From positions 819,102-883,101 of the forward strand of contig CAVYRH010000026.1 in assembly GCA_963770835.1 (NCBI GenBank): 64,000 nucleotides of DNA. Direction: 5' to 3'. A program made the translations under genes and the position numbers. Numbering within the stretch: position 1 is the first letter of the stretch; every line of letters begins with the position of its first letter. Source of the DNA: an uncultured Pseudomonadota bacterium (GTDB taxonomy: Bacteria; Oederibacteriota; Muellerivitia; Muellerivitales; Muellerivitaceae). This document shows positions 39,645 through 49,638 of this stretch, piece by piece. Below the pieces are notes generated by a model, which did not search any database, had not been told where the DNA came from, and saw nothing but the letters and a program-made list of their open reading frames with translations.

Positions 39645-40685
39645 GTGTTGGACGACAACTTGAAACAAAGAAATTTAAATAAAAATCCTCTCGTTGCAAT
39701 CACCATGGGTGATCCTGCCGGCATTGGCGCTGAGGTGGCTTTGAAAGCCCTTGAGAAAGTCTTGCCGGAATCCAAATCCAGATACTTGCTCTTGGGAGAC
39801 TACCGCCATTGGATGACCCTTGCCAAAAGGCTCAAAATAAAGTTCCCGTTAGTCTGGGTTAATGACGCTGAACTGGGCAGGGATATTTCCAAGGGCGTGG
39901 CGGTTTTGGACCTGGGTGGCGTCAAAAAACTTCAGTGGGGGAAAATCACCGCCGCCAACGGGGCCGCCGCTGTGCGTTATATTTGCGAGGGGGCGCGTTT
40001 CGCATTGGCCGGCGACGTGGATGCTTTGGTTACCGCGCCAATTAATAAAGAGGCCATCCACAAGGCAGGCTGCCCCTTTCCCGGACATACGGAATTGCTG
40101 GCCACCCTTTCCAACGCCGAAACTTTTGCCATGATGATGTTGGGAGGTCCCTTTAAGATCGTGCTTCAATCCATCCATGTATCCCTCAAAGAGGCGGTTT
40201 CAAGGGTGAAGCCCGCGCTGGTATGGGAGAAGCTGGCACTGACCCATAAGGCCCTTCAGGATTGGTTCGGGGTCAAAAACCCCCGCATTGCCGTGGCTGG
40301 GTTGAATCCCCATGCCGGTGAAAACGGCGCTTTTGGAAACGAGGAAATTAAAATATTAACGCCGGTCATTCAAAAGGCCCGGCGGGAAGGGTGGAACGTT
40401 TCGGGCCCCTATCCCCCGGATACCCTCTTTTATTGGGCAAGCTTAAAGCCCTATGACGCCATTCTCTGCATGTACCACGACCAGGGCCTCATTCCCTTGA
40501 AATTGACGGCTTTTGAGGAAGGCGTGAACTTAACCCTTGGCCTTCCTTTTATCAGGACATCCCCCGACCATGGAACCGCTTTCGACATTGCAGGCAAAGG
40601 AAAAGCTAGTCCGGCCAGTATGGTGGCGGCCATTCAAACGGCCGAAAGGTTGTCGGTTTCGCGCTCTTTACCTCGTTTTTCTTGA
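39645..40685 (+). CDS. pdxA: 4-hydroxythreonine-4-phosphate dehydrogenase
   Basis: TMGDPAGIG, TAPINK, GHTE, GLNPHAGE, MYHDQG, RTSPDHGTA. Confidence 0.97.
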   Translation: MLDDNLKQRNLNKNPLVAITMGDPAGIGAEVALKALEKVLPESKSRYLLLGDYRHWMTLAKRLKIKFPLVWVNDAELGRDISKGVAVLDLGGVKKLQWGKITAANGAAAVRYICEGARFALAGDVDALVTAPINKEAIHKAGCPFPGHTELLATLSNAETFAMMMLGGPFKIVLQSIHVSLKEAVSRVKPALVWEKLALTHKALQDWFGVKNPRIAVAGLNPHAGENGAFGNEEIKILTPVIQKARREGWNVSGPYPPDTLFYWASLKPYDAILCMYHDQGLIPLKLTAFEEGVNLTLGLPFIRTSPDHGTAFDIAGKGKASPASMVAAIQTAERLSVSRSLPRFS

Positions 40686-40865
40686 ATAATTTTTAGGGTT
40701 ATCCCTTCCATTATTTCAAACTGGTGATAAAATTTTCTTCACTCCCTGATTTTCTTGCTTAAGCCTTCTAGCTAAGAAATTCGTTTGAATATTGGGATTG
40801 GAATGACCGGTTGAAACCGGGGTAGGGGAACATTTCCTGAAATTAAAATAGGCGGAGGTTGTTCA

Positions 40866-42677
40866 GTGAAAATCGGAAATCAATTGAAATTTGGTTCGGC
40901 GGTCCTCATTCTGCTTTTGGGGATTACCCTCAGTTGTACACGGAGCATCTCCGTTCCGGTTACACCGAATATCCCCTCGGGCAATAACAATACCCCCACA
41001 GCCACTTTTGCTAATACGGCTACCACTACGCCCACCTCTTCCCCCACTAATACACCAACAGTGACGCCTTCGGCGACTCCGACCAACACTAATCCGGGTG
41101 GTTTCACTTCCACCTTTACCTTTACTCCGACTGTCACCAATACCCCTACCTCAACCTTGACCTTTACTTCCACTTACACCTACACCTACACCTACACGGT
41201 GACCCCCACCTCGACCCCAACCACCAATCCCAACCTAATCGCGGATTTCGAGGAAGGCGGAAATGGGCTCGTCACGACGAACGGCTTGGGCCTGAGCGGC
41301 TACGTTTCCGGCGTCAGCGACCCCAACTCAACCGCCGTAACTTCATTGATTTCCGGTGGAACAGGCTGCAGCTCAGGGAGCTATTTTTCCGTGACGGGAA
41401 CCACCGGGGTTACCTCCGTTACCAACCCGGCCGTTTACGGTGAGCTTCAAGGTAACTTTTTGACTGGGAGTCCGGCTCCAACTTATAACATTCCGGCTGC
41501 TTATAACGCTTTTGTGTTCTGCGTCCAGGGCCACGCACCGGGCAATCAGGTGTTTTTCGGCGTGACGGACGCGGCCACGACGGCAAGTTCAGATGCCGCC
41601 GGCCAGTATATTCCCATCACAGCCTCATGGCAGTCGGTCACGGTTTGTTTCGACCATATGCAAAGCCAGGGATATACCGTAACTACGGTCGGACATATGT
41701 TTGATCAAACGACTGCGGTTGGCTTCCAATGGGGAACGACAACCCAAAGCTCAACTTACACCATCCAGATTGATAATTTCCAATTCGCCACGGTGCCGGT
41801 CGGCAATTGCCCCGCCTTCACGGCTACCCCGACGCCGAACCCCAAGATCATCGACGTCTTCCCCGCGAATTCGAACCAAATTGACGTGACCAACGGCAGG
41901 AACGGTTACTGGTATTGTTTTTCTGATTTAGGAAATTCCGGAGTGACAACGGCGGCGAATACCTTGACTGCGGCAAACGCCATTACGGTGGTTGCTGGGG
42001 ATACCACAGCCAGTAACCCCATTTCTATCGAATATAATGGGCCTGTGGTGTTGAACAGCGGAACGATTGCCGCTAACACTACAATTGTATGGGGTATCAG
42101 TACGACTAACACCGGTAACGGCGGGGTTTCCGTTTTCACTTCCTCGAACGGCGCTGTGTTCCAAATGGCCAATCCTGGGGATGGAACCGATCCCTATTGC
42201 GCTTATGTCACAGGCATTGTTGGTGCTGGTTGCACAGGCAATGATTTGCTAGGCTCATATCAAGAATGCCCTTTCACGGGAGCCGGATTTAATTTCATCG
42301 ATACGGGTGGTGGTCCTAAACAGGTCTATCCCCTTACTCTGGCAAACCTTGGATTTACCCCAACAGGCATTTCTTTCTATGCCAAGGTTGACGCAAATTC
42401 GATCACTAGTAATTGGACGATGTTTATGGCAACTTCGGATACAGCCTGCCCAACTTGTGATAATGATAACTTCGGTGTTCAATTCACACCTTCAACGACT
42501 TGGGCTCAATTCGGGAATACAACAGCTTTCCCCGCCTATAAACAAAATTACGGTGGAAACGCCTCCGACGGTACAGCTGTAAATCCCGCCGATGCCTACG
42601 GTGTTCAATGGGAAAATAATAATGGTGGACCAGCCACTACTTATGGCCTTTACCTCGACGACGTTTATTTTTATTGA
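40866..42677 (+). CDS. Secreted or lipoprotein Thr/Pro-rich protein with probable carbohydrate-binding beta-sandwich domains
   Basis: Signal with LSC lipobox-like motif, PT/TY linkers, two modules beginning IADFE / IIDVF and ending IDNFQF / LDDVYF. Confidence 0.7.
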   Translation: MKIGNQLKFGSAVLILLLGITLSCTRSISVPVTPNIPSGNNNTPTATFANTATTTPTSSPTNTPTVTPSATPTNTNPGGFTSTFTFTPTVTNTPTSTLTFTSTYTYTYTYTVTPTSTPTTNPNLIADFEEGGNGLVTTNGLGLSGYVSGVSDPNSTAVTSLISGGTGCSSGSYFSVTGTTGVTSVTNPAVYGELQGNFLTGSPAPTYNIPAAYNAFVFCVQGHAPGNQVFFGVTDAATTASSDAAGQYIPITASWQSVTVCFDHMQSQGYTVTTVGHMFDQTTAVGFQWGTTTQSSTYTIQIDNFQFATVPVGNCPAFTATPTPNPKIIDVFPANSNQIDVTNGRNGYWYCFSDLGNSGVTTAANTLTAANAITVVAGDTTASNPISIEYNGPVVLNSGTIAANTTIVWGISTTNTGNGGVSVFTSSNGAVFQMANPGDGTDPYCAYVTGIVGAGCTGNDLLGSYQECPFTGAGFNFIDTGGGPKQVYPLTLANLGFTPTGISFYAKVDANSITSNWTMFMATSDTACPTCDNDNFGVQFTPSTTWAQFGNTTAFPAYKQNYGGNASDGTAVNPADAYGVQWENNNGGPATTYGLYLDDVYFY

Positions 42678-42695
42678 TCAGTTAGTGTTTCAGAG

Positions 42696-42728
42696 AACCC
42701 GCCTCCTGAAAAGAAGGCGGGTTTTTTT
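42696..42728 (+). terminator. Intrinsic terminator
   Basis: AACCCGCCTCCT-GAAA-AGAAGGCGGG followed by T7. Confidence 0.85.
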
Positions 42729-42773
42729 ATGCCCCCTTCCTGGGGGACCATTGTTCTCGTCACCCTTTTTGCG

Positions 42774-42893
42774 ATAATGCGGCCATGGAATCCATCTCCG
42801 CCCTGTTCCAGGAATTCTCCTACCGGCCCCGTAAGTCCCAAGAACACAACTAATTCACCGTAGTCGTCATCTTCGACAATGGCCACCTGGGCC
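42774..42893 (+). pseudogene. Duplicated, truncated 5' fragment of rsmA
   Basis: 42774-42842 matches 48726-48794 at 64/69; encodes MESISALFQEFSYRPRKSQ, then EHN-stop and decaying similarity. Confidence 0.9.
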
Positions 42894-43160
42894 TCCTAGT
42901 AAAACCAATCGATATTATTTTATCCAAAACTAAAAGCCCGAAATCGGTTTTTGTCCGCAATTTCCTCCATGATTTCGTGAATGGCGATCCTCACAAAATT
43001 TTTAAATTTGTGCGGCCACCGGACAGTGAATTAATTTCGGCCAGAAAATGTTCGAATTTTTCAAACGAACCGGTTTTAATGCTTAAATCGAATAAATTTT
43101 CGGTTTCTCTTCATTGACGTTACGAGTTTGAAAATAAAGCACTGAAAATAGCATTTTAGT

Positions 43161-43188
43161 TTGACGAGATTTTCTAAAAGCCTATACT
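43161..43188 (+). promoter_or_regulatory. Candidate sigma70 promoter of the S53 gene
   Basis: TTGACG-16 bp-TATACT. Confidence 0.4.
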
Positions 43189-44131
43189 TCGTTCAAGGCT
43201 TCCCAAAATTTAATCACCTAATGAATCAACTTTTCTTTAAACGAAGATAAGGGGGAGTATATGAATTGGAAAAAAGCAGGCCACGAATTTCTGAAGTTTC
43301 CGTCAAGAAAAAATCTCCACAAGCCGTTTAAGTCAATCCTTAGTACTTCGCTGCTCAAAAAAAATTCTCAACACAGGCTTGTGCTGGCATCCTTCTCGAT
43401 TCTTTTGACTTTTTCGCCCGCCCTCGCCGCTGGAAGACAACAACTTCACGGTCATATGCTTGAAATCACAAAGACTGCCCCGATGGTTGGGCATCTTAAA
43501 GGCACGTCGCAGTTACATTTGGCTATCGGCCTTCCTCTTCGAAACCAAGAAACGCTCCAATATCTTCTGAAAGAAATTTATGATCCAAATAACCCGAACT
43601 ATCGACATTTTCTAACGCCAGAAAAATTTACAGAAATGTTCGGGCCTCTAGACTCGGATTATCAAAAATTGATTGCTTTCGCTCGTGCGAACAACTTAAC
43701 TATCAATAAAATTCAGGACGGAAGGGTGTTGTTGGATGTAAGCGGCACCGCTGCGGATGTTGAACAAGCTTTTCATGTGAATTTGAATCAATATCAACAT
43801 TATGACGGAAGCCTTTTCTATGCACCGGATAGTGAACCGTCGATTGATTTAGATGTGGCTGTAGCGCATATCAGTGGATTGGATAACTACGGAAAACCAA
43901 TACCAGCAGGAAGGCCTCTCGAATTTGATCCTAAAATAATCAGACAAAAACTTAATAGCCAAGTTAAAAGTACGGGTGCAACTCCAAATGCTGCAGACGG
44001 TTCTCAGGGTGGGATGTATATCGGGCAAGACCTAAGAAATGCGTACGTGCCATGTACATCACTTACGGGCACTAATCAATCGGTGGCTTTGGTTGAATTC
44101 GATGGGTTCTACGCTAGCGATATTACAAACT

Positions 44132-45302
44132 GTAACCTCTGAAAAACTCCTTCGTCTAAATGCTGAAATATAATAGCAGCATTCCAGACGGAGGGATTCC
44201 ATGCAAATCAGCTTCGGGATGTACGAGGACAAGAACCGGCGACTCAAAAAGACCATGCTAGAGGAAGTGGATAAGGTTCTGGACTTTCCGAAGATCGAGA
44301 AATTGCTGATGGAAATGTACCGGGGCAACACGGGGAGACCTCCCATCCCGCCTTTGATCTTGTTTAAATGCCTTTTGCTGGAATCCTGGTACGGCCTGTC
44401 GGATGTGGAAGTAGTCCAAGAAATCCACGACCGGCGCAGTTTTGAGCGGTTCGTGGGTGAAGGGGTGCGAGAGTACCACGTCGACGACACCACTTTGGTG
44501 AAGTTTCGGGAAAGACTCCGGGAAGCCGGTTTGATAGACCGGGTTTGGGGGGCCGTGCAACAGGGTTTAGATCGCAAAGGACTTTTGGTCAAGAAAGGGG
44601 CCATTGTGGACTCCACCCTGGTGGAAGGAGCCTGTAAACCGGAATCCAAGGATCAAGAGGGAAAGCCGGTGGATGAAGATGTTCATTACACCTCCCGGCA
44701 AGGAAAAGCCGTGGATGGGATGAAGGTTCATGTGGGTCAGGACGAGAAAAGCGGCCTGATTCGAAAGATGGATCTAAGTCATATTGAGGAACACGATCAC
44801 GAACATTTCAAAGACATGGTTCCTCGCGGGGTAGAACAGGCATTTGCTGACAAGGCTTACCGGTCGGCGCAACACGATGAATATTTGGAGGAACGAGGGA
44901 TTCGGAATCGAGTGTTACATCGTGTTTGGCGGGGACAGAAGCTGACCCAGAGGCAATTAAAGCAAAACAAGGTTTGGGGCCGTGTGAGGTGCGGGATCGA
45001 GGCGACAATGAGTACCTTGAAGCGGTGGTGTTCGATGGGACGAATGAGGTACTACGGGATGGCCCGAAACAAGATTTGGGTGTTGATCTGTGGCATCGCA
45101 TTTAATGGGAAAAGAGCCGTAAAGTTGGCGGCGGCCTGAGCTAAGGGGAGTTTTTTCAGAGGCAGATGACGCAAGAAGGGTCGAAAAAGGAGTTCTAGGA
45201 GTAAGTGCAACACCTTTGGAGAAACAAAAACATCTCCAAGCGGGGTTGAAAACCCTGGTGAGAAGAGTTTCAAACCAAAACAGGGAGTTTTTCAGAGGTT
45301 AC
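44132..45302 (+). mobile_element. IS5-family insertion sequence
   Basis: 19-bp perfect TIRs GTAACCTCTGAAAAACTCC / GGAGTTTTTCAGAGGTTAC; 5-bp target duplication AAACT (44127-44131, 45303-45307). Confidence 0.93.
44201..45139 (+). CDS. IS5-family DDE transposase
   Basis: GRPP, WYGLSD, D.TTL.KFR, VDST, G.KVH, ADKAY, R..IE. Confidence 0.93.
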   Translation: MQISFGMYEDKNRRLKKTMLEEVDKVLDFPKIEKLLMEMYRGNTGRPPIPPLILFKCLLLESWYGLSDVEVVQEIHDRRSFERFVGEGVREYHVDDTTLVKFRERLREAGLIDRVWGAVQQGLDRKGLLVKKGAIVDSTLVEGACKPESKDQEGKPVDEDVHYTSRQGKAVDGMKVHVGQDEKSGLIRKMDLSHIEEHDHEHFKDMVPRGVEQAFADKAYRSAQHDEYLEERGIRNRVLHRVWRGQKLTQRQLKQNKVWGRVRCGIEATMSTLKRWCSMGRMRYYGMARNKIWVLICGIAFNGKRAVKLAAA

Positions 45303-48300
45303 AAACTATATAAGCTACGCAAAGAATGATGGAGAATCGATACCGACACCTCCGACCTTGAATACGATTTTACTCGACGGGTTCAATGGCGTTCCAGGCG
45401 GCAATGATTTTGAAGTTTCATTGGACATTGAAGCGGTAATTGCAATTGCACCGGGGATATCAAGTATTAACGTTTATGAAGGTGAAGTCGCAGATGATAT
45501 TTTTTCATCAATTGCACACCCACCTACAGGAGTGTCGCTATCAAATCAAATTAGTAGTTCTTGGACGTGGACTGGGACAAATTATGATTCTGTCATGCAA
45601 GGATTTTTCAATCAATTTGCGATACAGGGACAGACTTTTTTTCAAGCTTCAGGTGATTTTGGCGCTTATGTAACAGGGGATCCTTGGTTCACGGTTCAGT
45701 CACCAATGAATATTATTACGAATTTAACTGCAGTAGGAGGAACCGAGTTAGTCACAACATCGGCAGGTGGGTCTTGGTCATCAGAATCAACTTGGAATAA
45801 TCCTTTAGAAAAAGCTGCCTCAACTACTACTCCGGTTATTCCCAATTATGCCGGCGCAAGTGGGGGTGGAATTTGCTCAGGCCCGCCTTTTACACCTTCT
45901 TCTACACCCCTGCCGTTACCGACATATCAATTGCCCTTTATTAACTCACAAAACAAAGGATCGAGTTCCTATCGAAATGTTCCTGATGTTTCCGCGGTGG
46001 CAGATTATTTCTTTGTCGCTTATGGAAATGGCCTTACGAGTGGGGGATGTGGAACAAGTTATGCCTCGCCTCTTTGGGCCGGCTTTATGGCTTTGGTTAA
46101 TCAACAGTTAGCAACTTCTGGCAACAAAGGTCCAGTTGGTTTTGTTAACCCAACTCTTTACACTTTGGCGGCAAGCCCGACACCTTATTACAACGATTTC
46201 CACGATATCGCGGATGGAAGCAACAATAACTATTGGCATCCTACGACTACTCCAATTTATCCTGCAGTAACTGGTTACGACCTTGCCACTGGATTAGGAA
46301 GCATTAAATGTAATTTACTTAATGATGTTGTCACTCAGGTCCCGACTTGGACCCCTACATTTACACTAACACCAACCCCTTTGCCGACTTGCCAAGGGGC
46401 CCAGCCCGGTAATGCATGGACTCCAGTTGCGACGGGAACACCGACCCCGATTAATGGATCCGGCGGTCAAGCCGCTGTTTTTGACCCGCAGGACGGGAGT
46501 GGGCCCCGTATATGGTCTATTAATGGCACTTCGGTTTATTCCTCTTTCAACGGCTCAACTTGGACATTAGTAACATCAACTGCCCCGTTTCCGGCGCGAA
46601 CTGGTTTCGGACTCGTGGCATTTAACAACAAACTGTGGTTGATAGGAGGTACTGGTTCTAGCGGTGCGATGAATGACGTATGGTGGTACAACACTGCATC
46701 CGGCTGGAATAAAGCAACGGGCTCAGCTGCGTTTTCAGGCCGAAGCACATTTGGTTTACTTGCTTACAACGGCGATATGTGGGTCATCGGGGGGAATGGG
46801 GGTGGGGCACCCCTAGGCGACGTTTGGTATTCGCAGGATGGGGTTAATTGGACGGAATCAAACACGTTAGCATTTCCTCAAAGATCAGGACCCAGCTGTT
46901 ATGTTTTTAACAACCAGATGTGGGTTATAGGTGGGGCGAATTTTGGGGGGGGACATGCTAATCCTTTGGACGATGTATGGGCCTCGACAGATGGTAAAAC
47001 CTGGACTGAGATTAATAATTCTCCATCTTTCTCCGCAAGAGATGGCGCAATAGGTGTTGTTTGTGGCAATGCAATGTGGCTGATAGGTGGTGCTAACAAT
47101 ACTTCGACCCTTTACGATGTTTGGGTTTCACTTGATGGAAACGTGTGGAAACAAACAAATACTTCACTACCGTTTAATGCAAGCATGGGAACGGGAGTGT
47201 CTTACAACGGGGAAGTTTGGGCGTTTGGTTTTGGAACTAGTCCCTGGGTTTGGAGTTCAAACTGTTGTCTCGTTCCAACGCCGACTCCAAGTTTTACGCC
47301 GACAATGTTGCCGGCTTGTAATCCGACTCAACCAGGAAATGCATGGACAGCCATTATAACCAGTACTCCGACACCCGTTTTTGGTACTGGAGGGAATGGA
47401 GTTGTATTTGATCCGCTAGACGGGGGTGGACCCCGCATGTGGGCCGTTAATGGAACCTCGGTCTATTCCTCTTTCAACGGTTTAACCTGGACATTAGTAA
47501 AGTCATCCGCCCCATTTCCGGCGCGCAATGGTTTCGGGCTTGTTTCATTTAACAATCGGTTGTGGCTAATAGGGGGCCTTAACGGTTCTGCCTACAATGA
47601 CGTATGGTGGTCCTCCAATGGGACCGTATGGAATGAAGCGACAGCGTCAGCGGCATTTTCCGGCCGTACTGCATTTGGCTTACTCGCATATAACGGATAT
47701 ATGTGGGTTCTAGGCGGGAATAATGGGGGGGCACCCTTAGGCGATGTCTGGTATTCGGCAGATGGGATAACTTGGACGGAATCAAACTCTTCAGCATTTC
47801 CGACAAGAGCAAGTCCAAATTGTTATGTTTTTAATAATCGGATGTAGGTTGTGGCCGGTGTTTCGTTTGGAAGGGGAGGTGTTTTTCCTATTGCCGATTC
47901 CTGGTCATCTAAGGATGGTGTAATTTGGACAGAGATCACCAGTTCGCCCGGCTTTTCTGCCAGATATGGTTCAATCGGTTTGGTTTGTGGTGATGTGATG
48001 TGGTTGATAGGTGGCGAAAATGCGACTTCGAAATTTTACGATGTTTGGACTTCAATCGACGGAAAAGTTTGGACTCAAACAAATACTTCGTTGCCATTTG
48101 ATGCGACCACGGGAACGGGAGTGTCCTACAACGGAGAGGTTTGGGCGTTTGGATTTGGAATAAACCCATGGGTTTGGAATTCAAATTGTTGCTTAAAACC
48201 GACTCCTACCGGCACACTTCCAGGTAACGTAGTCATGAAAGCGATAAGCGACGAAAACGAGCTTGTGACCGCCTTTACAGCGAGCCCAACGCCCACAGTA

Positions 48301-48642
48301 TCACCTTCACCTACGTCATTGCGCACAGACAGCTTTTCAATTATTACGGTGCCCAACGTTTCAAAGAGTGGCCAACCGATCCAGTTTGAAGTGGTGCTTG
48401 GAAGCCCCGCCCAGATTAACCTTGCCTTGTATAATCTTACTGGCAACTTGGTTTACCAAACTTCAGAGATAGGCAGTGCAGGATTGAACACACTTCTTTG
48501 GAAATTGGAAAACCAGTCGCAGAACCCGGTAGCCAGCGGGTTATATATTTATTCAATCCAGACAGTGAGTAATGGAAGTGTTCGAAAAAAGATCGGCAAG
48601 GTTGTAGTGATACACTGAAATTCTGTAACTACGCGAAGCTTG

Positions 48643-48678
48643 AAAAAGCCGGATTCCTTTTTGGGACCTGGCTTTTTT
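48643..48678. terminator. Bidirectional-type terminator after the S53 gene
   Basis: AAAAAGCCGG...CCTGGCTTTTTT imperfect hairpin. Confidence 0.6.
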
Positions 48679-48736
48679 GTTGGTTCTACAAATTTTAGTT
48701 CGTTTTGAGTTGTCCATGAGTGTTTATAATGCCGCC

Positions 48737-49564
48737 ATGGAATCCATCTCCGCCCTTTTCCAGGAATTCTCCTACCGTCCCCGAAAATCCCAAGGCCAGA
48801 ACTTCCTCACTGATACCGTCATCCTTGACCATATCGACCGGGCCATTGAGTGCCCGCCGGGAGACGTTTTATTGGAAGTGGGGGGCGGCTATGGCGCCCT
48901 GACCGACCGGTTGGCGAAAAAGGCCGTTCCCTTAACCGTGGTGGAGCCGGACCACAAGCTTTTCGCCATGCTGGAACGGAAATTCGCGAATCAAGCGGGC
49001 ATCCACCTGGTTAAGGCGGACATCCTGAAGTTGGATTTGGCCCCCCTGGCCCCGCCCCAACCGGCGCGGTTGACCGTGGCGGGCAATATTCCTTATTACC
49101 TCACGACCCCGCTCATCACCCGGTTATTGACCCAATACCCCGCTTTCCTGCGGAGGGTTTACCTGATGGTCCAGAAGGAAGTTGCGGAACGGCTGGCGGC
49201 TAAGCCAGGCACCAAGGCTTACGGGGCGCTTACCCTCTGTGCCCAGTATTACAGCCGGCCCCGCAAGATCGTGGACGTCCCAGCGAGGTGCTTCCGGCCC
49301 CGGCCCAAGGTGGATTCGGCTTTTATCGAATTGGAAATCAAGACTTCCTTTCCCTTGGCGGGCGAATCCGAAAGGCGTTTTTTCACGCTCGTCAGGGCCA
49401 TTTTCCAAAGCCGCCGCAAAATGCTCTCCAATTCGCTGAAAAGCCTGGGGCGGCCCGCCGAGAAGGTCCAGGAAGCGCTCAGCCGTACCGGTGTCGACCC
49501 CCAGGTGCGCGGGGAAACCTTGGGGCTTGAAAAACTGATTGAGCTTTCACAGGCATTGGAATAG
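48737..49564 (+). CDS. rsmA: 16S rRNA dimethyladenosine transferase
   Basis: GQNFL, LEVGGG.GALT, GNIPY, MVQKEVA.R, F.PRPKVDS, RRK. Confidence 0.96.
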   Translation: MESISALFQEFSYRPRKSQGQNFLTDTVILDHIDRAIECPPGDVLLEVGGGYGALTDRLAKKAVPLTVVEPDHKLFAMLERKFANQAGIHLVKADILKLDLAPLAPPQPARLTVAGNIPYYLTTPLITRLLTQYPAFLRRVYLMVQKEVAERLAAKPGTKAYGALTLCAQYYSRPRKIVDVPARCFRPRPKVDSAFIELEIKTSFPLAGESERRFFTLVRAIFQSRRKMLSNSLKSLGRPAEKVQEALSRTGVDPQVRGETLGLEKLIELSQALE

Positions 49565-49638
49565 CTGCGTTGTAACCACCGGAGCGGCATGCTAATATGC
49601 CGCCCACTTCGTTCCAAACCATTCCTCGGAGTTAAGTT

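Larger units (their letters stand above)
43261..48618 (+). pseudogene. S53 (sedolisin/kumamolisin) protease with two Kelch-like propeller modules and a FlgD/T9SS-like C-terminal domain; interrupted by an IS and an in-frame TAG
   Basis: Pro-kumamolisin domain (IGLPLRN, YRHFLTPEKF), EVSLDIE, ASGD, GTSYASP; removing the IS and one AAACT restores the frame (DITN-YISY); TAG at 47845-47847. Confidence 0.9.

Noticed and set aside
47845..47847. Amber recoding or pyrrolysine readthrough
   Set aside because: TAG is a normal stop for other genes here (e.g. 4130, 49564, 51489), the aligned residue is Trp, and the gene is already IS-disrupted
49565..49638. glmS ribozyme upstream of glmS
   Set aside because: Only ~74 nt of intergenic space with one simple hairpin (GCGGCAT/ATGCCGC); too short, and no conserved core recognised
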